Shown here: piece after piece, positions 41,437 to 50,899 of the stretch
Layout of the letters: each line of letters opens with the position of its first letter
How positions within the stretch are numbered: the stretch's first letter is position 1
Source of the DNA: Longimicrobiales bacterium
GTDB taxonomy: Bacteria; Gemmatimonadota; Gemmatimonadetes; Longimicrobiales; Gaopeijiaceae
Length of the DNA: 64,000 nt
Reading direction: 5' to 3'
Assembly: GCA_965116645.1 (NCBI GenBank)
Contig: OZ220702.1
Coordinates: 481,929 to 545,928, forward strand
Position numbers and translations under genes: made by a program
The notes under the pieces: generated by a model
Databases searched by the model: none
Seen by the model: only the letters and a program-made list of their open reading frames with translations
What the model was told of the DNA's origin: nothing

Positions 41437-42822
41437 CTACCGGTTCGATCCCTCCCGGTTTTCGTTCTCGTTCTGCTCGGCCGCCCTCGCCTCGCGCTCC
41501 GCGACCGCCGCCGCGTACTGCTCGTCGGTCAGGTACGTGACGTCGACCCACGCGTGCGCCATCTCGTCGACGGTGCGGTCACCCCAGCCGACCCACTGCG
41601 TGTGGTCGGGGTTGTTGGGGTTTTCGGGGGTGTTGTCGTGCCACGCGGTGAAGACGAGCGTGGTGCCCGCTGGAAGCAGCGGTGCCGCGTGGTCCGCGTA
41701 GATGTAGTTGACGTGCCAGTTCCACTGGAAATTCGTGACCTGGCTGAGCAGCTCCTTGCGGCCGTCCGGGTAGATGGCCGACATCGACATCGCCTTGCCC
41801 CGCATGTGCATGTGCGGCTGGAAGTTCTCCAGGCGCGCCGGCCACCTCAGCGTGTAGGTGTCCTGGGTGACCGCGACCCTGCCCGGCGGGATGTCGAGCC
41901 CGTCGCCGGTGGCGTTGAACATGCGCAGCCGGGTGCGGTTCTGGGGGACGTAGCCCTTGGGGTAAAGCCAGATCCCCAGCTCCACGTAGCTGTCCTTGAC
42001 CTCCCTGCCGATCGCGTGGTAGTGCACTTCCCACCGGACCCGCGACCCCGGCAGCATGAGCTTGCCGGCACCGTCGGGGAAGATCTCGCCGACCTTCCCG
42101 ACCGCCCACTCCATGAAGAGACCCGCCCCGCCCATCGCACGGCTGCTGGTGGCGAGCGAAGCGGTTTCCGCGGTCATCTCGTCGGGATCCTCCTGCTGGA
42201 TGAGGAACGCGAGCGCGTGGTGTACGATCTTGGGCCCGTCCGGCCACGACGGCCGAATCTCGATCGCCTTCACCCAGCGCTCCTCGGTGAGCCCGGTCGG
42301 GACCGTGGGCGTGAACCACTTGTCCTGGGTCTTCGCGGCCAGCGTGTAGGGCTCGGAGGGGACGACCAGGTCGGGCGGCCGGCCGAAGGTCTCCTCGAAC
42401 TGCCATGCCGACGGGTCGGGGAACACGGCGGGCGGCGGCATGTCGGCCTCGTCTCCAAGGGGCATGTCGCTGTCCAGCCAGGCAACCAGCGTCTCGAGCT
42501 CCTCGTCCGTCAGGGCCATGTCGTTCTTGAACTCCTGGATGCCGACCGACCGGTCGATGTGCCAGGGCGGCATCAGGCGGGCCGTGACCTTCTCCCGGAT
42601 CCGGGACGCGTAGCGCTTCACCGCCTCGTAGGTCATCAGCGACATCGGCGCGATCGACCCGGGCTGGTGGCACACCTGACAGTTCCCCTGGATGATGGGC
42701 GCGATATCGCGGGCGTAGGTTGGCTGGTCCTGGGCGCCGGCCGGCGCGGGCCAGGCGACGATGGCGCAGGTGATCGCGAGGCAGACGATGGCCGTCCCGC
42801 GGGCGATTCTCTCTCTGCGCAT
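41437..42822 (-). CDS. secreted heme-c (CxxCH) domain protein fused to a PHM/DBH-like copper monooxygenase-type domain
   Basis: Signal peptide. YARDIAPIIQGNCQVCHQPGSIAPMSL (cytochrome c motif). His clusters IVHHALAFL, EVHYHAIG and QPHMHMRGKAMS recall the CuH/CuM sites of Cu2_monooxygenase folds. Confidence 0.55.
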   Translation of the reverse strand: MRRERIARGTAIVCLAITCAIVAWPAPAGAQDQPTYARDIAPIIQGNCQVCHQPGSIAPMSLMTYEAVKRYASRIREKVTARLMPPWHIDRSVGIQEFKNDMALTDEELETLVAWLDSDMPLGDEADMPPPAVFPDPSAWQFEETFGRPPDLVVPSEPYTLAAKTQDKWFTPTVPTGLTEERWVKAIEIRPSWPDGPKIVHHALAFLIQQEDPDEMTAETASLATSSRAMGGAGLFMEWAVGKVGEIFPDGAGKLMLPGSRVRWEVHYHAIGREVKDSYVELGIWLYPKGYVPQNRTRLRMFNATGDGLDIPPGRVAVTQDTYTLRWPARLENFQPHMHMRGKAMSMSAIYPDGRKELLSQVTNFQWNWHVNYIYADHAAPLLPAGTTLVFTAWHDNTPENPNNPDHTQWVGWGDRTVDEMAHAWVDVTYLTDEQYAAAVAEREARAAEQNENENREGSNR

Positions 42823-42838
42823 GTTTTCCTCCTGGTCG

Positions 42839-43678
42839 TCAGTTGGTGACGGTTACTCGCAAGAATGCATTGGTCCAGCAGCACTGGGCGTGTCCGGCTC
42901 CGGAGACTCCCGATGCGTCGTTGGCGCGAACGCGCAGCACGTACTGCCCCGGCTCCGCGAAGGTGGCGGTGGTCATCATCATTCCGCCGGCGATCGGGAC
43001 CTCACCCGAGGCTTCGGTGAAGGTGACCTCGCCCGGGCCCTGGTGCTTGAACCACCTCAGGGCGACCTGCGGACCCTCCTCGTTCCGTGTGAATGCCCCG
43101 CGACCATCGTCGCGCGCCCACACCGCAAGGGCAACGGGTGCCCCCGCCATGGCCTTGATCGGCTCTCCCCATATGCCGCCCGGCCCGGCCCCCTCCGCCC
43201 CGCCCTCCGAGAAGGCGAGCACCGGCGGCGTGTTGCCGGACCCCGCCTCGCCCTCGAGCGCGTCGATCTGCCAGTCAATGTGGAGCGTTCCCGGGATCGC
43301 GTACTCCTCGCCCCGGAAGTCGATCGTCCACACGACGGCCTCGTCCCCGAAGTCCGCCGGGACCACCACCGTGAACACGCCCCAGTGGCGGCGCGGGTGG
43401 AAGCGGGTGGGCTGGCCGCCGTCCAAGCTGGCGGGCGAGATGTGGTTGCCGACCCCGACGGGGATCTCGACGATCTCTTCGAAGTTCCGGTTGTAGTAGC
43501 CGAAGGAGAGGCTGAAGGTGCCGTCGGCGTTCTCGTACCAGCCCTCGTAGGCCGGAGTGACGGTCAGGCCGGAGGCGGTGCGGATGCCGAGGGGGACCTG
43601 GGCGGCGGACGGATCCGGCAGCGCCAGGCCGGTGAGGAGTGCGGCCGCTGAGCAGGTGAGCAAGCGGGTGGTGGACAT
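42839..43678 (-). CDS. secreted hypothetical protein (beta-rich), co-transcribed with the cytochrome/monooxygenase-like gene
   Basis: Signal peptide LLTGLALPDPSAAQ. 279 aa. Strong coding bias. No motif assignable by eye. Confidence 0.5.
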   Translation of the reverse strand: MSTTRLLTCSAAALLTGLALPDPSAAQVPLGIRTASGLTVTPAYEGWYENADGTFSLSFGYYNRNFEEIVEIPVGVGNHISPASLDGGQPTRFHPRRHWGVFTVVVPADFGDEAVVWTIDFRGEEYAIPGTLHIDWQIDALEGEAGSGNTPPVLAFSEGGAEGAGPGGIWGEPIKAMAGAPVALAVWARDDGRGAFTRNEEGPQVALRWFKHQGPGEVTFTEASGEVPIAGGMMMTTATFAEPGQYVLRVRANDASGVSGAGHAQCCWTNAFLRVTVTN

Positions 43679-43738
43679 TGCATACCCGTGTCAAGGGGGC
43701 GAGCTTCGTTCCTGACGATCATATTACGGGGTGGGGTG

Positions 43739-43767
43739 TATTCATGCAAAGCGGGAAGGGGTGTCAA
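43739..43767 (-). promoter_or_regulatory. sigma70-like promoter candidate for the 43678 operon
   Basis: On the minus strand: TTGACA (43767-43762), a 17-nt spacer, then TGAATA (43744-43739), ~60 nt upstream of the start codon. Confidence 0.35.
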
Positions 43768-43848
43768 GAGTCATTCCTCTCGCGGCTCACTTGCGGTGCC
43801 GACCCGGCCCACCAGTCGCCCGCCACGGCCACCTGCAATGGGCTCCGC

Positions 43849-44637
43849 CTACCCCTCCCGGCGGGACCGCCGTTCGGGGAATGGCTTTCGGGCCCCGCTG
43901 AGCAGGTCGCGGGCCTCCTGGCGGATCCAGCCGACCTGCGACTGCGACGCTGCCAGGGCCTCCAATGCACCGGGTTCATGCGCCAGCGCCTCCGCAGCCT
44001 TCAACAGATCGGGCTCGCGCAAGACCACAGCGACGTGAAGGGCTCCGAAGATGGCGAGTGTCTCCTGGGGTCCGCTCGTCAGCCGCCGAAGCGCCGCCTC
44101 GCCGATCTTCTCGGTCTGCCCGGCGTCCAGATTCCCCTCCTCGATCAACCAGCGAAGGACCGTGAACCCGCTACGCACACCCGCTTGGTCTGTCTGCGGG
44201 TCGTCGACGGCCGCCAGCACTGGAGGGAGAACCACCACGCCGATGTCGGCCAGTGCATTCGCGGCCGAAGAGCTGTAGCGCATGGTTTCGACCAGAAACG
44301 GCACCGACGCCGGGTCGCGAAGCTGCGCAACAGCGTATATGTAGGCGGAGATGTGCTCGTCCAGCGGGCGGCCGCGCTCGCCCCGCAACTCCGCCCAGGC
44401 TTCCCGCAGCATCGCCGAGCGCAGGGCCGGACCGGCTTGCGGACCCAGTTCGGTTGCCAGCATCACTGCAAGGTTGCGCTCCGACGTCAGATCACCGGTC
44501 GAAAGCGCGCGCACGGCCTCGGCTTCGGTCATCCGCGCCGACACGGAGTCCTTCTGGGCAGCGACCGCGTTCGGGACAACCAGGACAGCGAATGCAGCCG
44601 CCAGAACGAATCGTCCCATGGTGGTACAGTATGACAT
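43849..44637 (-). CDS. secreted HEAT/ARM-like repeat protein
   Basis: Start at ATG 44637, with signal peptide FVLAAAFAVLVVPNAVAAQ. Helical repeats with LRDPASVPFLVETM and ALADIGVVVLPPVLAAVDDP are HEAT-like. Confidence 0.5.
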   Translation of the reverse strand: MSYCTTMGRFVLAAAFAVLVVPNAVAAQKDSVSARMTEAEAVRALSTGDLTSERNLAVMLATELGPQAGPALRSAMLREAWAELRGERGRPLDEHISAYIYAVAQLRDPASVPFLVETMRYSSSAANALADIGVVVLPPVLAAVDDPQTDQAGVRSGFTVLRWLIEEGNLDAGQTEKIGEAALRRLTSGPQETLAIFGALHVAVVLREPDLLKAAEALAHEPGALEALAASQSQVGWIRQEARDLLSGARKPFPERRSRREG

Positions 44638-44639
44638 GA

Positions 44640-45278
44640 TCACCTCCAGTCGATGTGAATCCTCGTCGTGTAGCACCAGCCGCATTCGTCTCCGCTCCCG
44701 TAGCCGGAAATGCCTTCGTCCGCGCCCGTTTCGCGCGCGATCTCGCTGAACTGCTCCCACATATCCCTGTCGAAACCGTCCGCGTCGAAGTCGCCGGCCA
44801 ATCCCAGCACATGCTGACTGAACGTGTTGCTGCCTCCGTACTCTTCGAGGACATCCAGGTGTCCCTCGGGGCATCGCCATGTCGCGTTGAGGTAGACTGC
44901 AACGTTGTGCCGGGCCTGCATTTGCGCGAACACGAAGTCGCGACCGGTCGTGTATGCCGGGTCCAGGTAGCCGCTCTCATGACCGTGCACACCCGTGTCG
45001 CTCAGGTTGATGCCGTCGGTCGTAGTGAACTTGTGACACGGCCAGTCGGGGTAGTCGGACGATTCCTCGTATTCGGCTGCGATCGCGATTTGGTCGGCGG
45101 TGCAACTGCCTCCGCCGACCTCTTCGCAAAAGAGCAGAGTTTCGTGATAGTAGAGGATTCGACCCGTTCGAGTGTCCCGAACGATTACCACCCAATACCA
45201 GCAAATCGTGGTGCCATCTGCGACCTCACCATCGCCATCGGCACCGCTGGCATTTGCCGGCATCTTTGAGATCGGCAT
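44640..45278 (-). CDS. peptidase M15-like (D-Ala-D-Ala carboxypeptidase/endolysin-type zinc hydrolase) protein; N-terminus uncertain
   Basis: SQHVLGLAGDFD and TRIHIDW resemble the H-x6-D...H zinc site of the M15 family. A lipoprotein signal (LIGALFIGAC) sits upstream in a different frame (45185..45517). Confidence 0.4.
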   Translation of the reverse strand: MPISKMPANASGADGDGEVADGTTICWYWVVIVRDTRTGRILYYHETLLFCEEVGGGSCTADQIAIAAEYEESSDYPDWPCHKFTTTDGINLSDTGVHGHESGYLDPAYTTGRDFVFAQMQARHNVAVYLNATWRCPEGHLDVLEEYGGSNTFSQHVLGLAGDFDADGFDRDMWEQFSEIARETGADEGISGYGSGDECGWCYTTRIHIDWR

Positions 45279-45762
45279 GGGGTGGCTACATCGACTCGAC
45301 AGAGCCAACCGGATCGGCCATCTCGCAGCCCCCGTTCGCAACTGGCGCCGGCGGCCGCGACTGCCAAAGCACTTGCCAGCCACGTCTCAAGGTCCTCGGC
45401 ATTGGGCTCGGAGACCGGCTGAAGAGGGGTGGAGTCGCAGGCGCCAATGAAAAGTGCGCCGATCAGACAGACGGGTGTAAATCGGGGCAGCTCCCGGAAA
45501 GCCAACTTGACTGACATCCGCGCCTCCTCTGCGACAAGATCACGACCACTTCCGGTACACGCTACATCACGGTTGTGGTCGAGGCAAGTCGCAGCGTTGT
45601 CACGGACGGCGGGTCATCGCACTACACCCACGGTGTCGGGGTCGGTGACCAAGTTGCCCCGAGTCCAGCCTGAATGCCGAGTCCAGACCGTGACGCGTCC
45701 GGATCTTCCCACCCGTCGTTCGCTACACCCCTTGGATTCTGGTTTTGCCGCACAGCTCCCCC

Positions 45763-47223
45763 CTACCGCACCAGATGCAGCTCCGTCTGCCGTCTCAGCA
45801 TCCAGCGGATCTCCCCGTCCAGAGTCACCTCGGCCTCCTCCTCCTGGGCCATCCGCACCGGCTGGCCGTCCCACTCGGGCACGGGTGTGGTGACCTGAAG
45901 CTCCGTCGAGAACCACATGCCGGGGATGACCGGGGGATCGCCGCGTCCCGGGACGCCCGTCTGGTAGTCCCAGAGGCCGATGAGCGGGCCGGCGCCGTGG
46001 CCGTGGTCGCCGATCGGATGGGTGTACATCGTCCCGTTTAGCCCCTCGGCATGCATCCGTTCCAGCACGATGGCGAGGATCTCGTTGCCGGTGCGGCCGA
46101 CCTTCGTCTCCTCCAGCAGGATGTCCTGCAGGCGGTTCGAGTTGGCGAGCGCATTGCGCAGCCCCTCGGGCGCGTCCATCTCGCCCTCGCGCAGAACGTA
46201 CGCCATGTGCTGGGTGTCGGTCGTGAGGCCCAGCGCGACGAGCCCGAAATCGCAGTGGAGCACGTCGCCGCGCTCGATGACCGGAGCGACCGAATCCCGC
46301 ATCTCCACGCCCCGCCGCTGCGCCGACACCGACGGCTGGAACCACGAACCCAACCCCAGGTCGTGGACCCGTTGGCGCATCCACCACACCACGTCGGCGG
46401 TGGTGGTCTGCCCCGGCACGATCACGACATCCGAGAAAGCGGTCGCGATGATCTCGTGGACGATCGTCTGCATCTTGCGGTAGACGGGGGTCATCGCGGG
46501 GACGCGCATGGCCAGGTATTCGATCGCCAGCAGCGGCTCCCGCACGATGCGTCCGGTCAGTTCGGGGCCGAGAGCTTCCCGCATCTGCTCCCATTCGCCC
46601 GCGCTGAGGCCGTCGGCGAAGTTGTGGTCGTGCGAGATGTTCACCGCGATGCGCTCGGGGTTGCGCTCGCGCACCATGTCCGCGAAGAGATCCCACTGGT
46701 CCTTGCCCCATAGCTCCGCCGCGCGGCCGTCCGGCGCGGTCACGGTGGCGCGCACGGCTTCGTAGACGCCCCCTTGCGAGGAGCCGCCCAGCGCGAGCCG
46801 CTCCACCCCCGCTTCCGGGCCGCGATCGTGGAAGATGTAGATCGTGCGGCGCCGCGCGGCGAAGGTGGTGGGCGACACCAGCGCGCGGAAGACGGGGTCC
46901 TCGTTGTATTCGCGCATCGTGACGACCCACATGTCCACACCGTGCTTGCGCATCAGCATGGGGAGGTTCGTCTCGAGCCGCTCCTGCAGCCACGCCTGCT
47001 GTGTGCGGGCCTGCTCGCGCAGGGTGCCGAAGGGGCGCGCGGGGTCGTAGTCGCGCGCCTGGGCGTGGAGAGTGGGGGAGGGGAGGGTGGCCGTGGTCAG
47101 GGCGAGGATGGCGGCCGCGAGGACGGTGCGGAAGGGGCCGCGACGCCGTGCCGTGCCGGGGACCGCGCGGCGACAGAGCCGGTCCGCGCGGGGCGCAAGC
47201 TGTGTGAGGGCCATAGTCGTCAT
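45763..47223 (-). CDS. secreted M24-family metallopeptidase (Xaa-Pro aminopeptidase-like)
   Basis: Signal peptide. The pita-bread fold region DVLHCDFGLVALGLTTDTQHMAYV...YTHPIGDHGHGAGPLIG...TELQV supplies the M24 metal ligands (D, D, H, E, E). Confidence 0.75.
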   Translation of the reverse strand: MTTMALTQLAPRADRLCRRAVPGTARRRGPFRTVLAAAILALTTATLPSPTLHAQARDYDPARPFGTLREQARTQQAWLQERLETNLPMLMRKHGVDMWVVTMREYNEDPVFRALVSPTTFAARRRTIYIFHDRGPEAGVERLALGGSSQGGVYEAVRATVTAPDGRAAELWGKDQWDLFADMVRERNPERIAVNISHDHNFADGLSAGEWEQMREALGPELTGRIVREPLLAIEYLAMRVPAMTPVYRKMQTIVHEIIATAFSDVVIVPGQTTTADVVWWMRQRVHDLGLGSWFQPSVSAQRRGVEMRDSVAPVIERGDVLHCDFGLVALGLTTDTQHMAYVLREGEMDAPEGLRNALANSNRLQDILLEETKVGRTGNEILAIVLERMHAEGLNGTMYTHPIGDHGHGAGPLIGLWDYQTGVPGRGDPPVIPGMWFSTELQVTTPVPEWDGQPVRMAQEEEAEVTLDGEIRWMLRRQTELHLVR

Positions 47224-47780
47224 GAGGCTTTGCCGGGCTGTGTGGTGGTCGATGCCGGGCCGGTGGCCGCCAATCGCAGCAGATCCAGGATCTCGGCGAC
47301 GATCGCGTTGCCCCTGTCACGCGCGTAGAAGCGGCGAGTCTGCGCATAGCGCGGCCCGGGTTCCATCTTCATCCCCTCCGTCATCACCCACTCCTGGAGT
47401 TCGCTGGGCCTCGGGCCCCACCAGCCGCGCTCCCGGAAGTCGTCGTCGTAGACGATCACGATGGGAATCGACCGGCTGCGTCCGTTGGTGAGGTGGGCAT
47501 CCATGATGTCCAGGTTCTCGTCCCTGACCAGTACGCGCAGGTCGACGTTGGGCAGCTCGTCCACCAGGCGCGAGACAACTGGCAGGATGTTGACGGCGTC
47601 CCCACACCAGTCCTCGCTCAACGCGAGCAGATGCCAGGTCCCTGTGATTGTGGGGCCCTCAGTCACTGCCCCGGCAGGCAGTCGCACCCGCTGGTATACG
47701 CCGCGCCAGAGTTCTTCGTTCTTCCGGACGGTTTCGAGGTAGTCGGGGAAGGTGAGGGCGGATTCGAATCGGTCTCGCAT
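47220..47780 (-). CDS. thioredoxin-fold family protein
   Basis: WHLLALSEDWCGDAVNILPVVSRL is the WCGD variant of the thioredoxin motif. Start at ATG 47780. The stop overlaps the M24 start (ATGA). Confidence 0.6.
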   Translation of the reverse strand: MRDRFESALTFPDYLETVRKNEELWRGVYQRVRLPAGAVTEGPTITGTWHLLALSEDWCGDAVNILPVVSRLVDELPNVDLRVLVRDENLDIMDAHLTNGRSRSIPIVIVYDDDFRERGWWGPRPSELQEWVMTEGMKMEPGPRYAQTRRFYARDRGNAIVAEILDLLRLAATGPASTTTQPGKAS

Positions 47781-47842
47781 ATGGGGCGGGGGTCTCGTCG
47801 GGGGTGAAACAGTGATAACTGAAGTGATAACAAGCGCTCGGG

Positions 47843-48760
47843 TCACTGCGCGGAGTCGACGCGCGGCGTCCGCTTGGGCCGGGGCTTGATCCCGGTCCGC
47901 AGCAACCCCTCCTGCGCCGCCGATGCCACCAGCTTCCCGTCGCGGGTATGGAAACTTCCCCTCCCGAACCCGCGGGCGCCATGGGCGACCGGACTCTGGA
48001 TGCGGTAGAGGAGCCACTCGTCGGCGCGGAAGGGACGATGGAACCACAGCGAATGGTCCAGCGAGGCGGCCATCAGGTCCTTGTCCCGCACGGTGCGGCC
48101 GTGCGGCTGCAGCGCCGTCGACAGAATCCCGTAGTCGGAAGCGTACGCGATGGCCGCCTGGTGGTGGACGGGATTGTCGCCCAGCGCTTCGGTGGCCCTG
48201 AGCCAGATGTGGCGGACGGCGGGACGCCGGGTGCGGTCGAAGGGGACGTAGGGCTCCACCGGCCGGAATTCGAGGGGACGGTCCTGGGTCAGGATCGACC
48301 GCAGCTCCTCGGGGATCCTGTCCGACTGGTCCCGCAGGATTTCGAGTTCCGACGGCAGACCTTCCGGGGGCGCCACCGCGGGCATGCCGGACTGGTGCGA
48401 CAGCCCCGGCTCGGTCCGGTGGAATGACGCGGACAGGGTGAAGATCGCGCGGCCGTGCTGAATCGCGGTCACGCGGCGCGTGGTGAAGCTCCTCCCGTCC
48501 CGCGTGCGGTCGACGAAGTAGACCACCGGGATGCTCAGGTCCCCTTCCAGGATGAAGTAGCCGTGCAGCGAGTGCGCCTCCCGGTCTTCCTCAGGGATCG
48601 TTCGGCGCGCCGCCACCAGCGCCTGGGCCAGCACCTGCCCGCCGAAGATCCGCCCCGAGCCGATGTCGCGGTTTTCGCCGCGGTAGATGTTCCGCTCGAT
48701 CGGTTCGAGGTCGAGCAGCGCGATGAGGGATTCGGTCGGGTCGGGCATGGGGGGGATCAT
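47843..48760 (-). CDS. tesB: acyl-CoA thioesterase II
   Basis: LLDLEPIERNIYRGENRDIGSGRIFGGQVLAQALVAA... and LDHSLWFHRPFRADEWLLY form the TesB double hot-dog signature. Confidence 0.85.
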   Translation of the reverse strand: MIPPMPDPTESLIALLDLEPIERNIYRGENRDIGSGRIFGGQVLAQALVAARRTIPEEDREAHSLHGYFILEGDLSIPVVYFVDRTRDGRSFTTRRVTAIQHGRAIFTLSASFHRTEPGLSHQSGMPAVAPPEGLPSELEILRDQSDRIPEELRSILTQDRPLEFRPVEPYVPFDRTRRPAVRHIWLRATEALGDNPVHHQAAIAYASDYGILSTALQPHGRTVRDKDLMAASLDHSLWFHRPFRADEWLLYRIQSPVAHGARGFGRGSFHTRDGKLVASAAQEGLLRTGIKPRPKRTPRVDSAQ

Positions 48761-48980
48761 TCAGTGGACGGAATAGCCGCTCAGTCAAAGCTAACGAGGC
48801 CGGGTTACCTTTCGAACACCGGCAGCGCGCCGGTAGCTTGCCGACAGGCTGAATCCGGTCTGCGGGAGCACCACCGACTCGAAAAAGGGGAGATCGGGTG
48901 CCATTTGCCTTTACCGTCCCGCCGACCGGTACGTAGTTCACGTCCATGGACCTTAGTGAGGTAGCACGGCGGTTCGACCC

Positions 48981-50597
48981 ATGACCGATCCACCACGAAC
49001 AAGAAGCGGGATCCGATTGATCGCCCGGCCGATCCTTGTGACCGCGGTCGTGGCGGTAACGCCCGGTGACCTCCCTTCATCGGGAGCGCGTGCCAACATT
49101 GACGTCGTCGAACTCACCGCCGTCCAGGTCCACGAGGATCTCCTCGCGTCCAGGTACACCGTCACGGAGCTCACCCAGGCCTTCCTGGACCGGATCGCGC
49201 GGTACGAGGACCACTACAACGCGTTCATCTCCATGAATCCGGAGGTGCTGCAGATTGCGGCAGCACTCGATGCAGAACTCGCCACCACGGGTCCGCGTGG
49301 CCCGCTCCACGGTGTTCCGGTCGTCATCAAGGACAACCTCGACTACGGGGGATTGGTGACGACGGCCGGTTTCGACGGCTTCAGCGCCGCGACGGGTGGC
49401 GTGGACATGGTCCCCGGGGACGATGCGGTGGCGGTGGAGCGGCTCAGGGGGGCGGGCGCGATCATCCTCGGCAAGACCAACATGCCGGACTTCGCCGGGC
49501 ACGGCACCCGCACCCGCAGCAGCGTTGCCGGGGAGACGCTCAACCCGTACGCGGTGGACCGGGTGCCTGGAGGGTCCAGCGGGGGGACCGCGACCGCTGT
49601 GAACGCGAGCTTCGCCGTCCTGGGACTCGGCACCGAGACCGGCGGGTCGATCCAGAACCCGGCGGCCGCACAGGCGCTGGTCGGGGTCAAGCCCACATTC
49701 GGCCTCGTTCCCCTCGAAGGGGTGGTCCCCATGGACGCGACCTACCGCGACGTCGTCGGCCCGCTCGCCCGCACCGTGCGCGACGCGGCGCTGACCCTGG
49801 ACGTGATCGCGGGCCCGAGCCCGGAGGACTTCGCCTCCTACGCAGGGGCGGAGCACATCCCTGAACAGGGTTTTGCGGCGGGCCTCACCACCACCGCGCT
49901 GGCGGGGAAGCGCTTCGGGCTCGTCGGCCCGGGTTGGCGCGATTCCTTTCTTCCGCTGGCACCGAAAACTGCGGCGCTCTACGAGGATGCGGTGCGCGTG
50001 CTGGAGGCGGAGGGCGCGGAGGTCGTCGAGGATCCGTTCGCGGGAAGCGGCTGGGTCGAACTCTACTGGGAGAGCCCCCGGCCTCCGTCGGGCAGCCACG
50101 ACATGGCGGTGTACCTGCAGGGCCTTGGCCCGTCGGCTGCCTTCAGGAGCGTCGAGGAGTGGGAGGCGCTGGCAGGGCGGGACTTTCGGGGTGGCCGCCA
50201 GAGGCCTCCGGTCGCGCCGACAGCGACCGAGGAGGGCGACGCCTTCCAGGCCTGGCGCAAGCAGATGCGGGAACTCTTCCGTGCCGTGGTGGAGGAGCAC
50301 CAGCTCGACGGGCTCTTCTTTCCGCAGGCGGGCGAACCCATCCGTCCCCTGGTCGAGGATCCGGAGCGCCCCGAGTACCGTCCCAACAACCACGCCGAGC
50401 TGCCAAGCAACATCATCAACGACATCGGCCTGCCGACCGTTACGGTTCCGTTCGCCTACTACGATGACGGGACGCCCTTCGTGCTGGCCTTCATCGGCGA
50501 CCTCTGGAGCGACGCGGAGCTTCTGTCCTACGCTTTCGACCTGGAGCAGGCGACTCTGGCGCGAGTCGCGCCGGTGCTGACGGAGGGGCCGGGATAG
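48981..50597 (+). CDS. amidase (amidase-signature family)
   Basis: LHGVPVVIKDNLDYGGLVTTAG and the signature GGSSGGTATAV with the downstream GTETGGSIQNPAA. Confidence 0.85.
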   Translation: MTDPPRTRSGIRLIARPILVTAVVAVTPGDLPSSGARANIDVVELTAVQVHEDLLASRYTVTELTQAFLDRIARYEDHYNAFISMNPEVLQIAAALDAELATTGPRGPLHGVPVVIKDNLDYGGLVTTAGFDGFSAATGGVDMVPGDDAVAVERLRGAGAIILGKTNMPDFAGHGTRTRSSVAGETLNPYAVDRVPGGSSGGTATAVNASFAVLGLGTETGGSIQNPAAAQALVGVKPTFGLVPLEGVVPMDATYRDVVGPLARTVRDAALTLDVIAGPSPEDFASYAGAEHIPEQGFAAGLTTTALAGKRFGLVGPGWRDSFLPLAPKTAALYEDAVRVLEAEGAEVVEDPFAGSGWVELYWESPRPPSGSHDMAVYLQGLGPSAAFRSVEEWEALAGRDFRGGRQRPPVAPTATEEGDAFQAWRKQMRELFRAVVEEHQLDGLFFPQAGEPIRPLVEDPERPEYRPNNHAELPSNIINDIGLPTVTVPFAYYDDGTPFVLAFIGDLWSDAELLSYAFDLEQATLARVAPVLTEGPG

Positions 50598-50899
50598 GGG
50601 CCGATCCGGGGGCAGTTTCGGATGAGTGCCATCGGGAGTCGGAAATGGTCGTTGCCAAGGCTATTGAAGGCTGGCCGACTGGCGGGATCGCACCAGGGTT
50701 CACTAGATTCCGTAATTGCCTGCGCCCAACCAGACATTCCACTGCCCCCCGCAAGGGCACACTGTTATGGCACGTGCCTTTGCTTCGAGGCGCGATCGGA
50801 AAGGACAATCGGGATCTTGTCCGGTTGCACGGACGAATTCGGGGACGACAGTGGAGGACAGCACAGGATGAGACAGGGCAAGATGGAACTGGGGGAAAG

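Noticed and set aside
40202-41551. N-terminal 51-aa extension of the exonuclease ORF, and similar extensions in 16126..16635, 22846..23349, 43849..44880, 47220..48047 and 56998..58008.
   Set aside because: The extensions are Arg/Gly-rich, lack coding character and precede internal ATGs that begin the conserved domain or signal peptide. I used the shorter starts.
48761-48980. 220-bp non-coding region upstream of the amidase gene, examined for a riboswitch or small RNA.
   Set aside because: I recognised no known riboswitch core or tRNA-like structure by eye. It would need a covariance-model search (Rfam/Infernal) to say more.
50768-50784. Sigma54-like element TGGCACGTGCCTTTGCT upstream of the 11-mer repeat gene.
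   Set aside because: The spacing is TGGCAC-N6-TTGC rather than the strict N5. The core is also a simple 10-bp palindrome (GGCACGTGCC). No enhancer-binding protein gene lies nearby. It may still be a transcription-factor site.
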